Notes: generated from the sequence alone by a model not told the origin. Shown: positions 10,048 to 18,311, counted from the stretch's first letter. The stretch: 29,203 bases of DNA from Candidatus Heimdallarchaeota archaeon (GCA_046761065.1 JBHIFL010000050.1:1-29203); one strand, 5' to 3'. A program made the numbers and translations.

Positions 10048-10669
10048 TCTCAAGACCTACTTTTTTTAGTATATAATCCACAATAGCGGGATATTCAGTG
10101 CTGGCTACTCTTTGAATAATTTGTGCGTATTTTTTTATCTCCTTCTTTAACATAAACACTTTGTTTTGATCTTCTAGTGCTTCAAAGGGACGAATCCGCG
10201 ATGCATGTATTAACATCTCTATGAGTAGTGAAAATGCACGCGTATATGGCACAAACTTCCTTTTGACTTCTACATAAACCGGCTTACAAAAAACTAAGTC
10301 TCGTGTTTTGTCTTGAGAAGTCTCTATTCGATCAATTTGGCATTCAACCAAAGCAATTGCATCATAGAGTACAGGACAATTGATTTTTCTCCCTGATCTG
10401 AGACACTGCATTAACATTTTTTTCTCTTCGGCCCCATTAATGCAGGCCCAAGTAAAGATCCATGCGTTATCACTAAAATTAATCGAGCAAGCACGCGTAA
10501 TCTTTATATTCTTGGAGGTTTGAGTCGTCACATAGGGGAATAATATTAACCCTTGACCTAATCTAACGCCCATTGGAGCTAGATTTGGAGTTCCATCAGG
10601 ATTATATGTCCCACAAATGGTTTCATAAATAATCCCAGGCTTCAGATTAAGCTCTTTGAGCAAATTCAC
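10031..10669 (-). CDS. DUF447 family protein (flavin-binding split barrel-like, Orf22-type)
   Basis: IYETI..T....PNLAPMGV, T..NI, RA..L.IE.LIHASR; lies between the AIRS-like gene and mptG. Confidence 0.85.
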   Translation of the reverse strand: MNLLKELNLKPGIIYETICGTYNPDGTPNLAPMGVRLGQGLILFPYVTTQTSKNIKITRACSINFSDNAWIFTWACINGAEEKKMLMQCLRSGRKINCPVLYDAIALVECQIDRIETSQDKTRDLVFCKPVYVEVKRKFVPYTRAFSLLIEMLIHASRIRPFEALEDQNKVFMLKKEIKKYAQIIQRVASTEYPAIVDYILKKVGLENAGES

Positions 10670-12035
10670 CAGCTTTTTGCTCCTGTAGAATGAATTGAAC
10701 TATTTTTTCAGATTTTTCAATAGCTAAAGTTGCAGCTCTTTTCGTTTGTGCCATGAGTGCATCCTTATCTGGGGGAGTAGTGTTTCCCACTAACTGTTTT
10801 ATACGCGTGTACGCTGATTCACGATAATGGAGAGTCATATCGACTTCTTTCCCATTTTCAAACAAAATTCCTCGCTTTGGCGTCTCAACCACTTCTCCAA
10901 TTACATCTATTGCCACTCCTACAGCTCCAACGATGTTAATAACATCTTCAGCTATTATTCGTGGGCAAAAAATTAATAGGGAATCCATGGAAACTCCTAG
11001 ATAGTCGATAAACAGCCTTTCTAACAAGTCTAACACTTTTTTGTTTAATAATGCCTCGATTCGTTCCTTCTCGAGCTGAATCCCTACCTTTGCAACTCGA
11101 CATATTTCCCGTACGTCTCCTCGCAAACCCCCATTAGTCCAATCCGTGAGGGCATGAATTTTTTCAAAAAGCCCTGCCTGGTATAGTGCATCACACGCTC
11201 TTAAAAAGTCCATATTCAACGTTTGGAGGACTGTCTCAAAATTACCACTGTAGATCGCGGTTGTCGTGATGGTTCCTCCCCCAGCACCTTCTGTCATTAA
11301 GACCATATCACCTGGAACAATGCATCTCCTTGCAAGAATCCGCCCTTCCGATGAGATTACGCCCACAGCACCTACACAAGAGACTAACCTATCTCCAATT
11401 ACCATATCACCTCCCACTCGCAAAGTAGAGCCAGTCACTAAGGGTACCCCAGCTAACTTGGACACGGTCCTTATCCCTCCCGCAAAATCAAATAATTTCC
11501 CAACATCCCCATCATCTGCCAAATGAAGATCGGTAAATAAGGCGATTGGTTTTGCTCCTTTAACATAAACGTCTCTTAAGCTTGCTCGAGTGACATGAAA
11601 TCCTGCAAGGAACGGAAAATCACTTAACCGTGAATGGGTTCCATCTACCGCCATTACTATAATGTCTTTATCCCCCCTAACCGCCCCTGCATCATCTTGC
11701 TCTAAAGGCCCCAATAAGGCTTGATGGTTCAGTTCAATTGAATTAATTTCTGCTAGAAGCTGATGCACAAAAAAGTCTCCTTCTCCTCGGCACCCCACAC
11801 CCAAAGTCCCCATGTTGGCCCCTGCTTTTGGATATTCAAGTGCTTTCCCAATAATCCCACTCCCCTTTTTCCCAGAAACTAAAACTTCTTCAAGCACAGC
11901 CTCCGCAAATTCCTCAACTTTGTCACGTGACATATCTTTGAAAACTAAGATTTCCTCTACAAGTCGTTTCTTAATTAGATCAGGGTTATCCTGCTTCCGA
12001 AGGAGTGCCCGTGCGAGTCCTTCTAAATCTGTCAA
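10647..12035 (-). CDS. AIR synthase-related (PurM/HypE/ThiL/SelD superfamily) protein
   Basis: DLEG start, GVGCRGEGDF, DDAG, DGTHSRLS.FPF..GFHV.RA..RDV, DWTNGGLRGD. Confidence 0.85.
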   Translation of the reverse strand: MTDLEGLARALLRKQDNPDLIKKRLVEEILVFKDMSRDKVEEFAEAVLEEVLVSGKKGSGIIGKALEYPKAGANMGTLGVGCRGEGDFFVHQLLAEINSIELNHQALLGPLEQDDAGAVRGDKDIIVMAVDGTHSRLSDFPFLAGFHVTRASLRDVYVKGAKPIALFTDLHLADDGDVGKLFDFAGGIRTVSKLAGVPLVTGSTLRVGGDMVIGDRLVSCVGAVGVISSEGRILARRCIVPGDMVLMTEGAGGGTITTTAIYSGNFETVLQTLNMDFLRACDALYQAGLFEKIHALTDWTNGGLRGDVREICRVAKVGIQLEKERIEALLNKKVLDLLERLFIDYLGVSMDSLLIFCPRIIAEDVINIVGAVGVAIDVIGEVVETPKRGILFENGKEVDMTLHYRESAYTRIKQLVGNTTPPDKDALMAQTKRAATLAIEKSEKIVQFILQEQKAGEFAQRA

Positions 12036-12349
12036 TCAACTCACAACCAACTATGATACGTGTGCTTTATCGAGCTTAAATTTAAATGGAATTGCGCAAT
12101 TTGGAAATATCCTGAAAAGAATCCAAGAGAAATATCGAAACTTCTTTTTCCGCATCACGTTGTCTGCTCTGTGACTCATCCCATCTGTTTCTGCAATTAC
12201 AACCCTATCGCCTTTGCGTCGGATTATAACCTTGGTTTGTACGTTGGGGCAATATGAGGGCCTAAGTTCTTAGGTTTTTCATAGCTCACCTTATCTCCCT
12301 ACCACAAAATAGCAGAAGGGTTCCCCCGTAACATTTACGGACTTGCCAA

Positions 12350-12370
12350 AAAGCTTTAAACATTTAAATA
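12350..12370 (+). promoter_or_regulatory. Putative BRE/TATA promoter upstream of the structured leader and mptE
   Basis: A-run followed by TTTAAA and TTTAAATA (12363-12370), about 25 nt before the structured region. Confidence 0.45.
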
Positions 12371-12389
12371 CCATATATACAATAATTAT

Positions 12390-12631
12390 TGGGTGATAGA
12401 AACCCATGGATGCGGGAAATACCATGAAACCTGAACTATTGCTCCCCCATCTGTTTCAGTAGCGCTCGTAGGTCTGTCAGGGATAACTCCTGGCCCTGTC
12501 GCGGTGGAAGGTTCTGGGATCCCAGTTAAGCCATCCGCTGCGTGGTGAGTTCCGCATGAGATTACACATCCTCGACTGTATGGATGTAATCTCATTGGAA
12601 AGGGGTTTTTGTGCATCAAGGAGTGAAAAGA
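12390..12631 (+). ncRNA. Candidate structured leader RNA, copy 1 (upstream of mptE)
   Basis: Several hairpins; 12448-12631 aligns without gaps to the reverse complement of 17861-18044. Confidence 0.65.
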
Positions 12632-13417
12632 ATGTCTTGGTACGAGAAAATCGTCACGAGATTATCAATTAACCGCGTAACAGATATAAACGCCGCGAAA
12701 CTTCTCGCTAAGATGGTGGGGGACACATCTAAAGCGTTTAAGGCTTTGAAAGTGGAGGTCCAGGGGAAACCGGTCCTCCTCTTTGGCGCAGGACCTTCTC
12801 TTATTGAAGATTGCATAGTGCTCCAAGATTTACCAAACCGCGCTTGTCCTGTAATTATAGCAGCTGATGGTGCAACAACAGCCCTCCTCGAGAAAGGGGT
12901 TGTCCCCCATCTTATTGTGTCCGACTTGGACGGAAGGATCGAACACCTCATCGAAGCAAACAGAAGGGGAGCATATGTAGCAGTACATGCCCATGGGGAC
13001 AACATCCCGGCCCTGAAAGCGATTATCCCCCAATTGATGCACCTACGCGTCATAGGAACAGTCCAAGTGCCACCAATGCAGGGATTGTATAACTGCGGGG
13101 GCTTTACGGATGGGGATCGAGCTGTCTTTCTCGCAGATGCTCTGGGGGCATCAATCATCATCCTTGCGGGGTTCGACTTAGGGGATCGCGTTGGGCGATA
13201 TTCCGTTCCAACGATCACCACCGATCAAGAGGCCTCCCCCCGGAAGCGACTGAAATTGACAATTGCGAAAGAACTACTCGAAGCGTTTGCAGATCAGTTT
13301 AGCGCTTCTCTTTACAATGTTACCGCTCGTGGAATAGCAATCCAGGGTTTTGAAAGAGTCACGGTTAAGGAACTCATAGGGATCCTCAAAGAGGCTTGTC
13401 AGAAGTCCCAATGGTGA
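12632..13417 (+). CDS. mptE: 6-hydroxymethyl-7,8-dihydropterin diphosphokinase (archaeal MptE)
   Basis: GAGPSL, AADGA, VSDLDG, VHAHGDN, GGFTDGDRA, LAGFD; SD GGAGTGA at 12620-12626. Confidence 0.92.
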   Translation: MSWYEKIVTRLSINRVTDINAAKLLAKMVGDTSKAFKALKVEVQGKPVLLFGAGPSLIEDCIVLQDLPNRACPVIIAADGATTALLEKGVVPHLIVSDLDGRIEHLIEANRRGAYVAVHAHGDNIPALKAIIPQLMHLRVIGTVQVPPMQGLYNCGGFTDGDRAVFLADALGASIIILAGFDLGDRVGRYSVPTITTDQEASPRKRLKLTIAKELLEAFADQFSASLYNVTARGIAIQGFERVTVKELIGILKEACQKSQW

Positions 13418-13889
13418 GCGTGAACGATGCGCCTTGCCCCATGTATTCGGATACTGAACATCGAATTTGTGTTACATTATTTTGAACAATTTTATTTGCT
13501 AAATGAACGGTTAAAAGGCGTGCCAGCTCTTCGATGGTAATGTTAGAAGTCGGAAGGATGCAAACATCCACTTTGGGCAGAATATACTCTTTCCCAGAAA
13601 ACCGGATCCAGACTTCGTCTGCTTTTTCCTCAAGCTTTATGTTTGGATTCTCCCCTGGAATGAGTGTACGATGGTCCCACGCTCCTAAAATCTCTTCCAC
13701 GAGAGGCCGTAATTTGAAGAAGTCGACAACCATTAATTCCTCGTTTTGCTCCCCAAAAACTTCAATTTCAATGGCAAAGTTATGCCCGTGGATCGCCTCC
13801 GAATACCCTTCCCCTACCACAAAGTGGGCCGATGAAATTCTAAAAAACGGAAAACCTTGCGTTACACGAAACACGTTCGAACCATCCAT
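13386..13889 (-). CDS. 6-pyruvoyl-tetrahydropterin synthase family protein, PTPS-III-type motif
   Basis: SSAHF, SEAIHGHNF (E-x2-HGH, no Cys), VDF, WDHR, T.EELA, VSE; 32-bp convergent overlap with mptE. Confidence 0.85.
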   Translation of the reverse strand: MDGSNVFRVTQGFPFFRISSAHFVVGEGYSEAIHGHNFAIEIEVFGEQNEELMVVDFFKLRPLVEEILGAWDHRTLIPGENPNIKLEEKADEVWIRFSGKEYILPKVDVCILPTSNITIEELARLLTVHLANKIVQNNVTQIRCSVSEYMGQGASFTLTIGTSDKPL

Positions 13890-14005
13890 TTTCTTGTTGA
13901 GTGAAATAGAAGGCTCCTTCTTTCCCTATCTCTCGGAGGAGATTACCTCATAACTTTTTCCGCACAGTTCGGCAATCTTTTGAAAAATGCGGTAAGTAGG
14001 AGGAC

Positions 14006-14848
14006 TCACGCATAGGATTCTGGTATTAATTTAGGTAGGAACGTCCTTTTTACTATGTCTCGGACCACTTGATAGGCTTTAGAATCTTCTGGCAACTCTA
14101 ACAATGGTTTTCCCTCAAAGTTGAACTCTTGCACCAAGGGATCAAAGGGCACACTGGCAACAAAAGTCAAGTTATTCATTGCAGCGAATTTCGCGATTTT
14201 CTCTTCAATGTTGCGGCTTTCCAGTCTGTTGGCCACTAGGAAGGTCTTTCCAATCTCAATGTGTACCTTGGGCACTAGTTCGTTGATGCGACGCGCGGTG
14301 TGTAACCCCATCTGCGAGGCATCCGTCACGATATATAACGCATCCAACCTCTTTGCTGTCCGGCGATTCAAATGTTCCAGCCCAGCAACCATATCCATGA
14401 TGGTCAAGGGATAATTTTCCACCGTCGCATCCAGGATTTGCGTCAGCATATTATTGATCATACAATAACAGCCTTCTTTCTCGATCGCTCCCAACGTGAG
14501 GAGATCAAAGTCATCCTCCTCCACCAGTACCCGGAAGACTTGACTCTCCAGCCACCGATTCTTGTCAAATTCTGGGGGCAACTTTAGGATGTTTTTATGC
14601 AACCAATCAGTGGCATCGGCCACTGTTTTCGCATTTTTGACTCCAACCAGATCCGGTACATTCGTCGCAGGATCCGCATCTACCATTAAGATATATTCTA
14701 TTCCTTGCTGAATGAAGGATTTTAACATCAAGACGCTGATGGTGGTTTTCCCCACGCCACCTTTGCCCGCGATAGCAATAATCTGATTGGCTATCCGGGG
14801 TTCCTTGGAGGGGGGTCTAGGAAAAACTCTCTTCATTTTCCACACCAT
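14006..14848 (-). CDS. cooC: CooC/AcsF-type nickel-insertion ATPase
   Basis: AGKGGVGKTT, VDADP..N, EGCYC, DM.AGLEHL.R. Confidence 0.85.
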   Translation of the reverse strand: MVWKMKRVFPRPPSKEPRIANQIIAIAGKGGVGKTTISVLMLKSFIQQGIEYILMVDADPATNVPDLVGVKNAKTVADATDWLHKNILKLPPEFDKNRWLESQVFRVLVEEDDFDLLTLGAIEKEGCYCMINNMLTQILDATVENYPLTIMDMVAGLEHLNRRTAKRLDALYIVTDASQMGLHTARRINELVPKVHIEIGKTFLVANRLESRNIEEKIAKFAAMNNLTFVASVPFDPLVQEFNFEGKPLLELPEDSKAYQVVRDIVKRTFLPKLIPESYA

Positions 14849-14905
14849 AATATCTGTTTGTAGACCTTGAATATTAATGTTGGTACTTATGATTTAACTA
14901 AAACC

Positions 14906-14944
14906 ATAAACTCCTCCTTCCAACGATAAACTCCTCCCCCAACA
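14906..14944. repeat. Imperfect 20-bp tandem duplication upstream of cooC
   Basis: ATAAACTCCTCC at 14906 and 14926. Confidence 0.7.
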
Positions 14945-15100
14945 TGACTATCCCCTATCTTATCTTTATAGTTAAGATGACCCATGAAGCTCTAAGATCA
15001 AGAAGAGAATAAAGCGTCTCTCCAACGTCACCTGCTTATTCATACCTAGTATCAACTACGCTCAAGGCTTATTCGAAATAGGATTAGCCGTTTAAGAGCT

Positions 15101-16993
15101 TTAAGTCATATTTATAAGACTTTCCATATCTCGGGCAGGCACAGCTAGCTCCAGCTCCCGTAGTTTAACTGGAACAGGAATACCCGTCCCCGGGTCGATC
15201 CCACGAATCTGATAGTATTCGAGCAGCATGGGCTCCAGTTCCACCACCTGACCGGCTGTTGCCCCATTTTGAAGAGATTCTTTGAGAAATCTGGTAGGAA
15301 GCGTGTCATCCTTTCTCCGTATGCCCTCGCGCGCATTAAAACATCTTTCAATGTGAATAATTCGCTGAGCTGCCCGGGTAATCTCTTCTACTGTCATTTT
15401 GAGCCCTGTTGTAGCGGTATATAACTCCGCAGCCATTTGAGGATTCAGAATATCCATACACAATCCTATGTTCTTGCAAATGGTCATCGCATCAGTTAGG
15501 GCGGCAATTTCTTCCGTGTAACTAACAAGCACTCCTTTCCCCTTGAATTCAAGCCGATCTGCAATTTCACGAATGCCCCAGCGATTTTCTGCCATTTCGA
15601 AGTCATTCGTCAGTTCAAAAAAAGGCTCAGCCCGTAAATGGTCCCCGCCACGAGTCGCAATCGCATATGTTAATCCATACCCTTTAATCCCCCTAGGGTC
15701 CCCACAAATAAGCTCTAACCCTTTCGTATGAAATGCATATTTCTCAGATCCTTTTCCAATGAGTTCTGCGGCCCTCCGAACTCCATGAGCAAGCGTTTCC
15801 CCAAAGCCGGTCCGAGTGACAATCCAGGTCGTTAGAGTCTCGATCGTTTCCTTATTCCCCCAAGTGAGTTCAAGACCTCCCACATCCTTCTTGGTCAAGA
15901 TCCCTTTCTCATAGCACTCCATCACAAATCCAATGACCTCAGACGTCGTAATCGAATCAAGCCCCATCTTATTCACAAAGTTATTCATATGAAGAACAAA
16001 CTGCAAGTCCTTATTTCCCAGTCGCGAGCTAAAGCCACATTGCGTTTCGTACTCTGGGCCTTCACCTCGTGTACCGATGTAGGAACCCTCGTTTATCACG
16101 TAATAACGACTACAATGAACGGGGCACGCAAAACACGACTTTTGCTTCACATTATAAAGGCGTTGAAGCGTCTCCCCACTTACCGTGTCAGCGAATTCGA
16201 AGACCCCTTCTTTGAAGTGTCGGGTTGGGAGGATCCCCAGTTTATTCAGGGCGCTTACGAGTTGTGTCGTTCCTAGTTGAGCCCGACGTTCGTAACCCGG
16301 GTGAGTTAGCACTTGTTGTTTAAAGTTCTCGGCTAATTCATGGAACCGCTGCGGGGCTGCTACACTGATCGTTCCAGTTCCGCGAATCGCCAAGGCTTTT
16401 AAGTTCTTCCCCCCCATTATGGTTCCCATTCCGGCTCTCCCCGCCACCCGGGTGAGATTCGCTGCTATAATCGCGTATTTAACCCCATTCTCTCCTGCAG
16501 GGCCTATGCACGCCACTTGAATTCGCTGATCGTTGTGATCCCTCCGAATAACACGATGGGTTTCCCAAATATCTGTCCCCCATAGATGTACGGCATCAAG
16601 TATCTGTATCTCTTTGTCTTGAATGAAAATATAGCAGGGTTTCGGGGCTTTTCCAGAAATAATAATCTGGTCATACCCCGCATATTTCATCTCCGGGGCA
16701 AAATGCCCTCCCGCATTTGAATCGCCAAATATCCCTGTCAAAGGCGACTTCGCAGTGACTGTGAAGCGTGAGGCGCATGGAAAAGCCGTTCCATTTAGGG
16801 GACCCATCCCAAACATCAACAAATTCTCTGGGGACATGGGATCAGTATTTGAAGATACTTCATGATACATGATCATGGAGTTGAATCCGCGGCCGCCCAC
16901 CCACTTTCTCGCGAATTCCTCTTCCAATATCACTTGTTTGATCTTCCTGCGAGTTAGATCAATTCTCAAGATGGTTCCTGCATACCCAAACAT
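15101..16993 (-). CDS. aor: Tungsten aldehyde:ferredoxin oxidoreductase family protein
   Basis: KSPLTG, IGPAGE, GRAGMG..MGGKNLKA, CFACPVHC, GPEYET, GLDSI, RGGDH. Confidence 0.95.
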   Translation of the reverse strand: MFGYAGTILRIDLTRRKIKQVILEEEFARKWVGGRGFNSMIMYHEVSSNTDPMSPENLLMFGMGPLNGTAFPCASRFTVTAKSPLTGIFGDSNAGGHFAPEMKYAGYDQIIISGKAPKPCYIFIQDKEIQILDAVHLWGTDIWETHRVIRRDHNDQRIQVACIGPAGENGVKYAIIAANLTRVAGRAGMGTIMGGKNLKALAIRGTGTISVAAPQRFHELAENFKQQVLTHPGYERRAQLGTTQLVSALNKLGILPTRHFKEGVFEFADTVSGETLQRLYNVKQKSCFACPVHCSRYYVINEGSYIGTRGEGPEYETQCGFSSRLGNKDLQFVLHMNNFVNKMGLDSITTSEVIGFVMECYEKGILTKKDVGGLELTWGNKETIETLTTWIVTRTGFGETLAHGVRRAAELIGKGSEKYAFHTKGLELICGDPRGIKGYGLTYAIATRGGDHLRAEPFFELTNDFEMAENRWGIREIADRLEFKGKGVLVSYTEEIAALTDAMTICKNIGLCMDILNPQMAAELYTATTGLKMTVEEITRAAQRIIHIERCFNAREGIRRKDDTLPTRFLKESLQNGATAGQVVELEPMLLEYYQIRGIDPGTGIPVPVKLRELELAVPARDMESLINMT

Positions 16994-16997
16994 CGCT

Positions 16998-17513
16998 TTA
17001 GTCCCCTCTTACCTCTTTGATCTTGTTTAAATCAATCCCCCAAGAATTGAGCAATGAGTGTGCTAAGTTTAACGCTGTATTTTGTCGAATTCGATTGATA
17101 TACCCATTTAGGGATTCGAACCAGATCGCTCCGGTGTCGCAAGCCGCCACACAGGCAGGACTGCCTCCACACAAATCACAGACAAGACTCTTTCCCTCGG
17201 TGGGATGTAGGTGCAACGCGCCAATCGGGCAGTTTTCTATACAAATTCCACACCCAATACAAGCTTCCCACGCAACTAATGTTGCGCCCGTTGTTTCATC
17301 GATGGATAGTGCCGATTTCGGACATGAAGGCACACAGGGGTGGTTTTCACATTGGCGACAAACAATTGGGGCATCTACCCCAAGATTCTCTAATTTCATG
17401 ACCTGAATGCGGGAGATGCTGCTGCCGTAACGCCCTTCATGCGCAAAAGAACAGGCCAGTTCACAGCGCCTGCAGCCTGTACATTTTGAGAGATCGAGTA
17501 AAATCTTCTTCAT
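16998..17513 (-). CDS. 4Fe-4S dicluster ferredoxin-like subunit (AOR partner)
   Basis: CTGCRRCELAC, CRQC..HPCVPSCP, CIGCGICIENCP, CDLCGGSPACVAAC; likely start MKKILLD at 17513. Confidence 0.92.
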   Translation of the reverse strand: MKKILLDLSKCTGCRRCELACSFAHEGRYGSSISRIQVMKLENLGVDAPIVCRQCENHPCVPSCPKSALSIDETTGATLVAWEACIGCGICIENCPIGALHLHPTEGKSLVCDLCGGSPACVAACDTGAIWFESLNGYINRIRQNTALNLAHSLLNSWGIDLNKIKEVRGD

Positions 17514-17551
17514 TGTTTGAACACCGACACATGATTCACACATTCCTCCAC

Positions 17552-17860
17552 CTAGTCCTCGTCCCAATCTTCAATTGTTTCATCCCCGACATCTTCGTAT
17601 TCTCGAATTTCAAAGATTAATTGACCTTCAGGATCGGGGCACATCACGCGATTGACACGTGGCAACCAATCATTCCCTTCTTCTGTTATGATTCGTTCTT
17701 TGGCAGGGATTAGAGGGAGAATGCTGTTCAGCGCATAGAGGCAAATGTGTTTATTCTTCGGCAGATAGATCGTTCCTTTTCTCACCTCGAACTGATCCCC
17801 CACCTTATGTTTCCAGCACTTTCCCCGCTTTTCCACACACTCCACGACTAATCGTCTCAT
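17552..17860 (-). CDS. TIGR04076 family protein
   Basis: GKC..HKVGDQF, ICLYAL.SILP, CPDP. Confidence 0.85.
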   Translation of the reverse strand: MRRLVVECVEKRGKCWKHKVGDQFEVRKGTIYLPKNKHICLYALNSILPLIPAKERIITEEGNDWLPRVNRVMCPDPEGQLIFEIREYEDVGDETIEDWDED

Positions 17861-18145
17861 GTTTTTCGCTCCTTAATGCATAAATACTTCATTCCAAGGA
17901 GTTTGTGTCCACACCGCCGAGTAAAAGTTATTTCGTAAGGGATTCGCCACGAAAATAATGGCTAATCTTGATCCCCAAGATCCTCCGTCTCGACAGGGTT
18001 AGGAGTTGCACCTAGCTATCCCGTGAGTGCTGCCGAAGCAGGTAGCACCTTAGGAAAGGGATGACTGCCTGGACATCGCCGAGCTTCCCTAGCACCAAGG
18101 CGGCTCGCACTCGAACCCCGAAATGGTCATCTTCTGGCAGCACCT
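17861..18145 (-). ncRNA. Candidate structured leader RNA, copy 2 (upstream of the TIGR04076-4Fe4S-aor operon)
   Basis: Homologous to copy 1; cUUCGg tetraloop; UAGG-UGCAACU-CCUA T-loop-like hairpin; several further stems. Confidence 0.65.
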
Positions 18146-18311
18146 GAATAAGTTTATTAGGGATACCTATGAGTACCAATAAGGTTACTAATGATGAAAG
18201 TGGTGGGGATGGAAGGTTCCTTTTAATTACGACAAATTAAAGGAAAGAGGGACTGGGATCACTACGGGCACGACCCCGCCACTCCGTGAAACCATAGAGG
18301 AGCAGGATTCA

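Noticed and set aside
12060-12270. Small ORFs upstream of the AIRS-like gene, including one with two in-frame TAGs
   Set aside because: No recognisable protein features; read-through would be unsupported speculation
12390-12605. THF riboswitch, Moco RNA, SRP RNA, RNase P RNA or tRNA-Pyl identity for leader copy 1
   Set aside because: Only isolated words match (GCGGU, CAUCCGCUGC, UGGAAAGG, GAAACCUGA); order, spacing and core motifs do not fit
12386-12619. 77-aa minus-strand ORF across the leader
   Set aside because: The equivalent frame in copy 2 has several stops, and substitutions show no codon periodicity
17939-18050. Canonical cobalamin, c-di-AMP or lysine riboswitch call for copy 2
   Set aside because: The GGGA plus T-loop plus CUGUC stretch resembles cobalamin P4-P5, but there is no B12 box; the other families match only in short fragments
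18197-18290. tRNA- or tmRNA-like cloverleaf
   Set aside because: No TTC T-loop, wrong anticodon loop size and a poor acceptor stem
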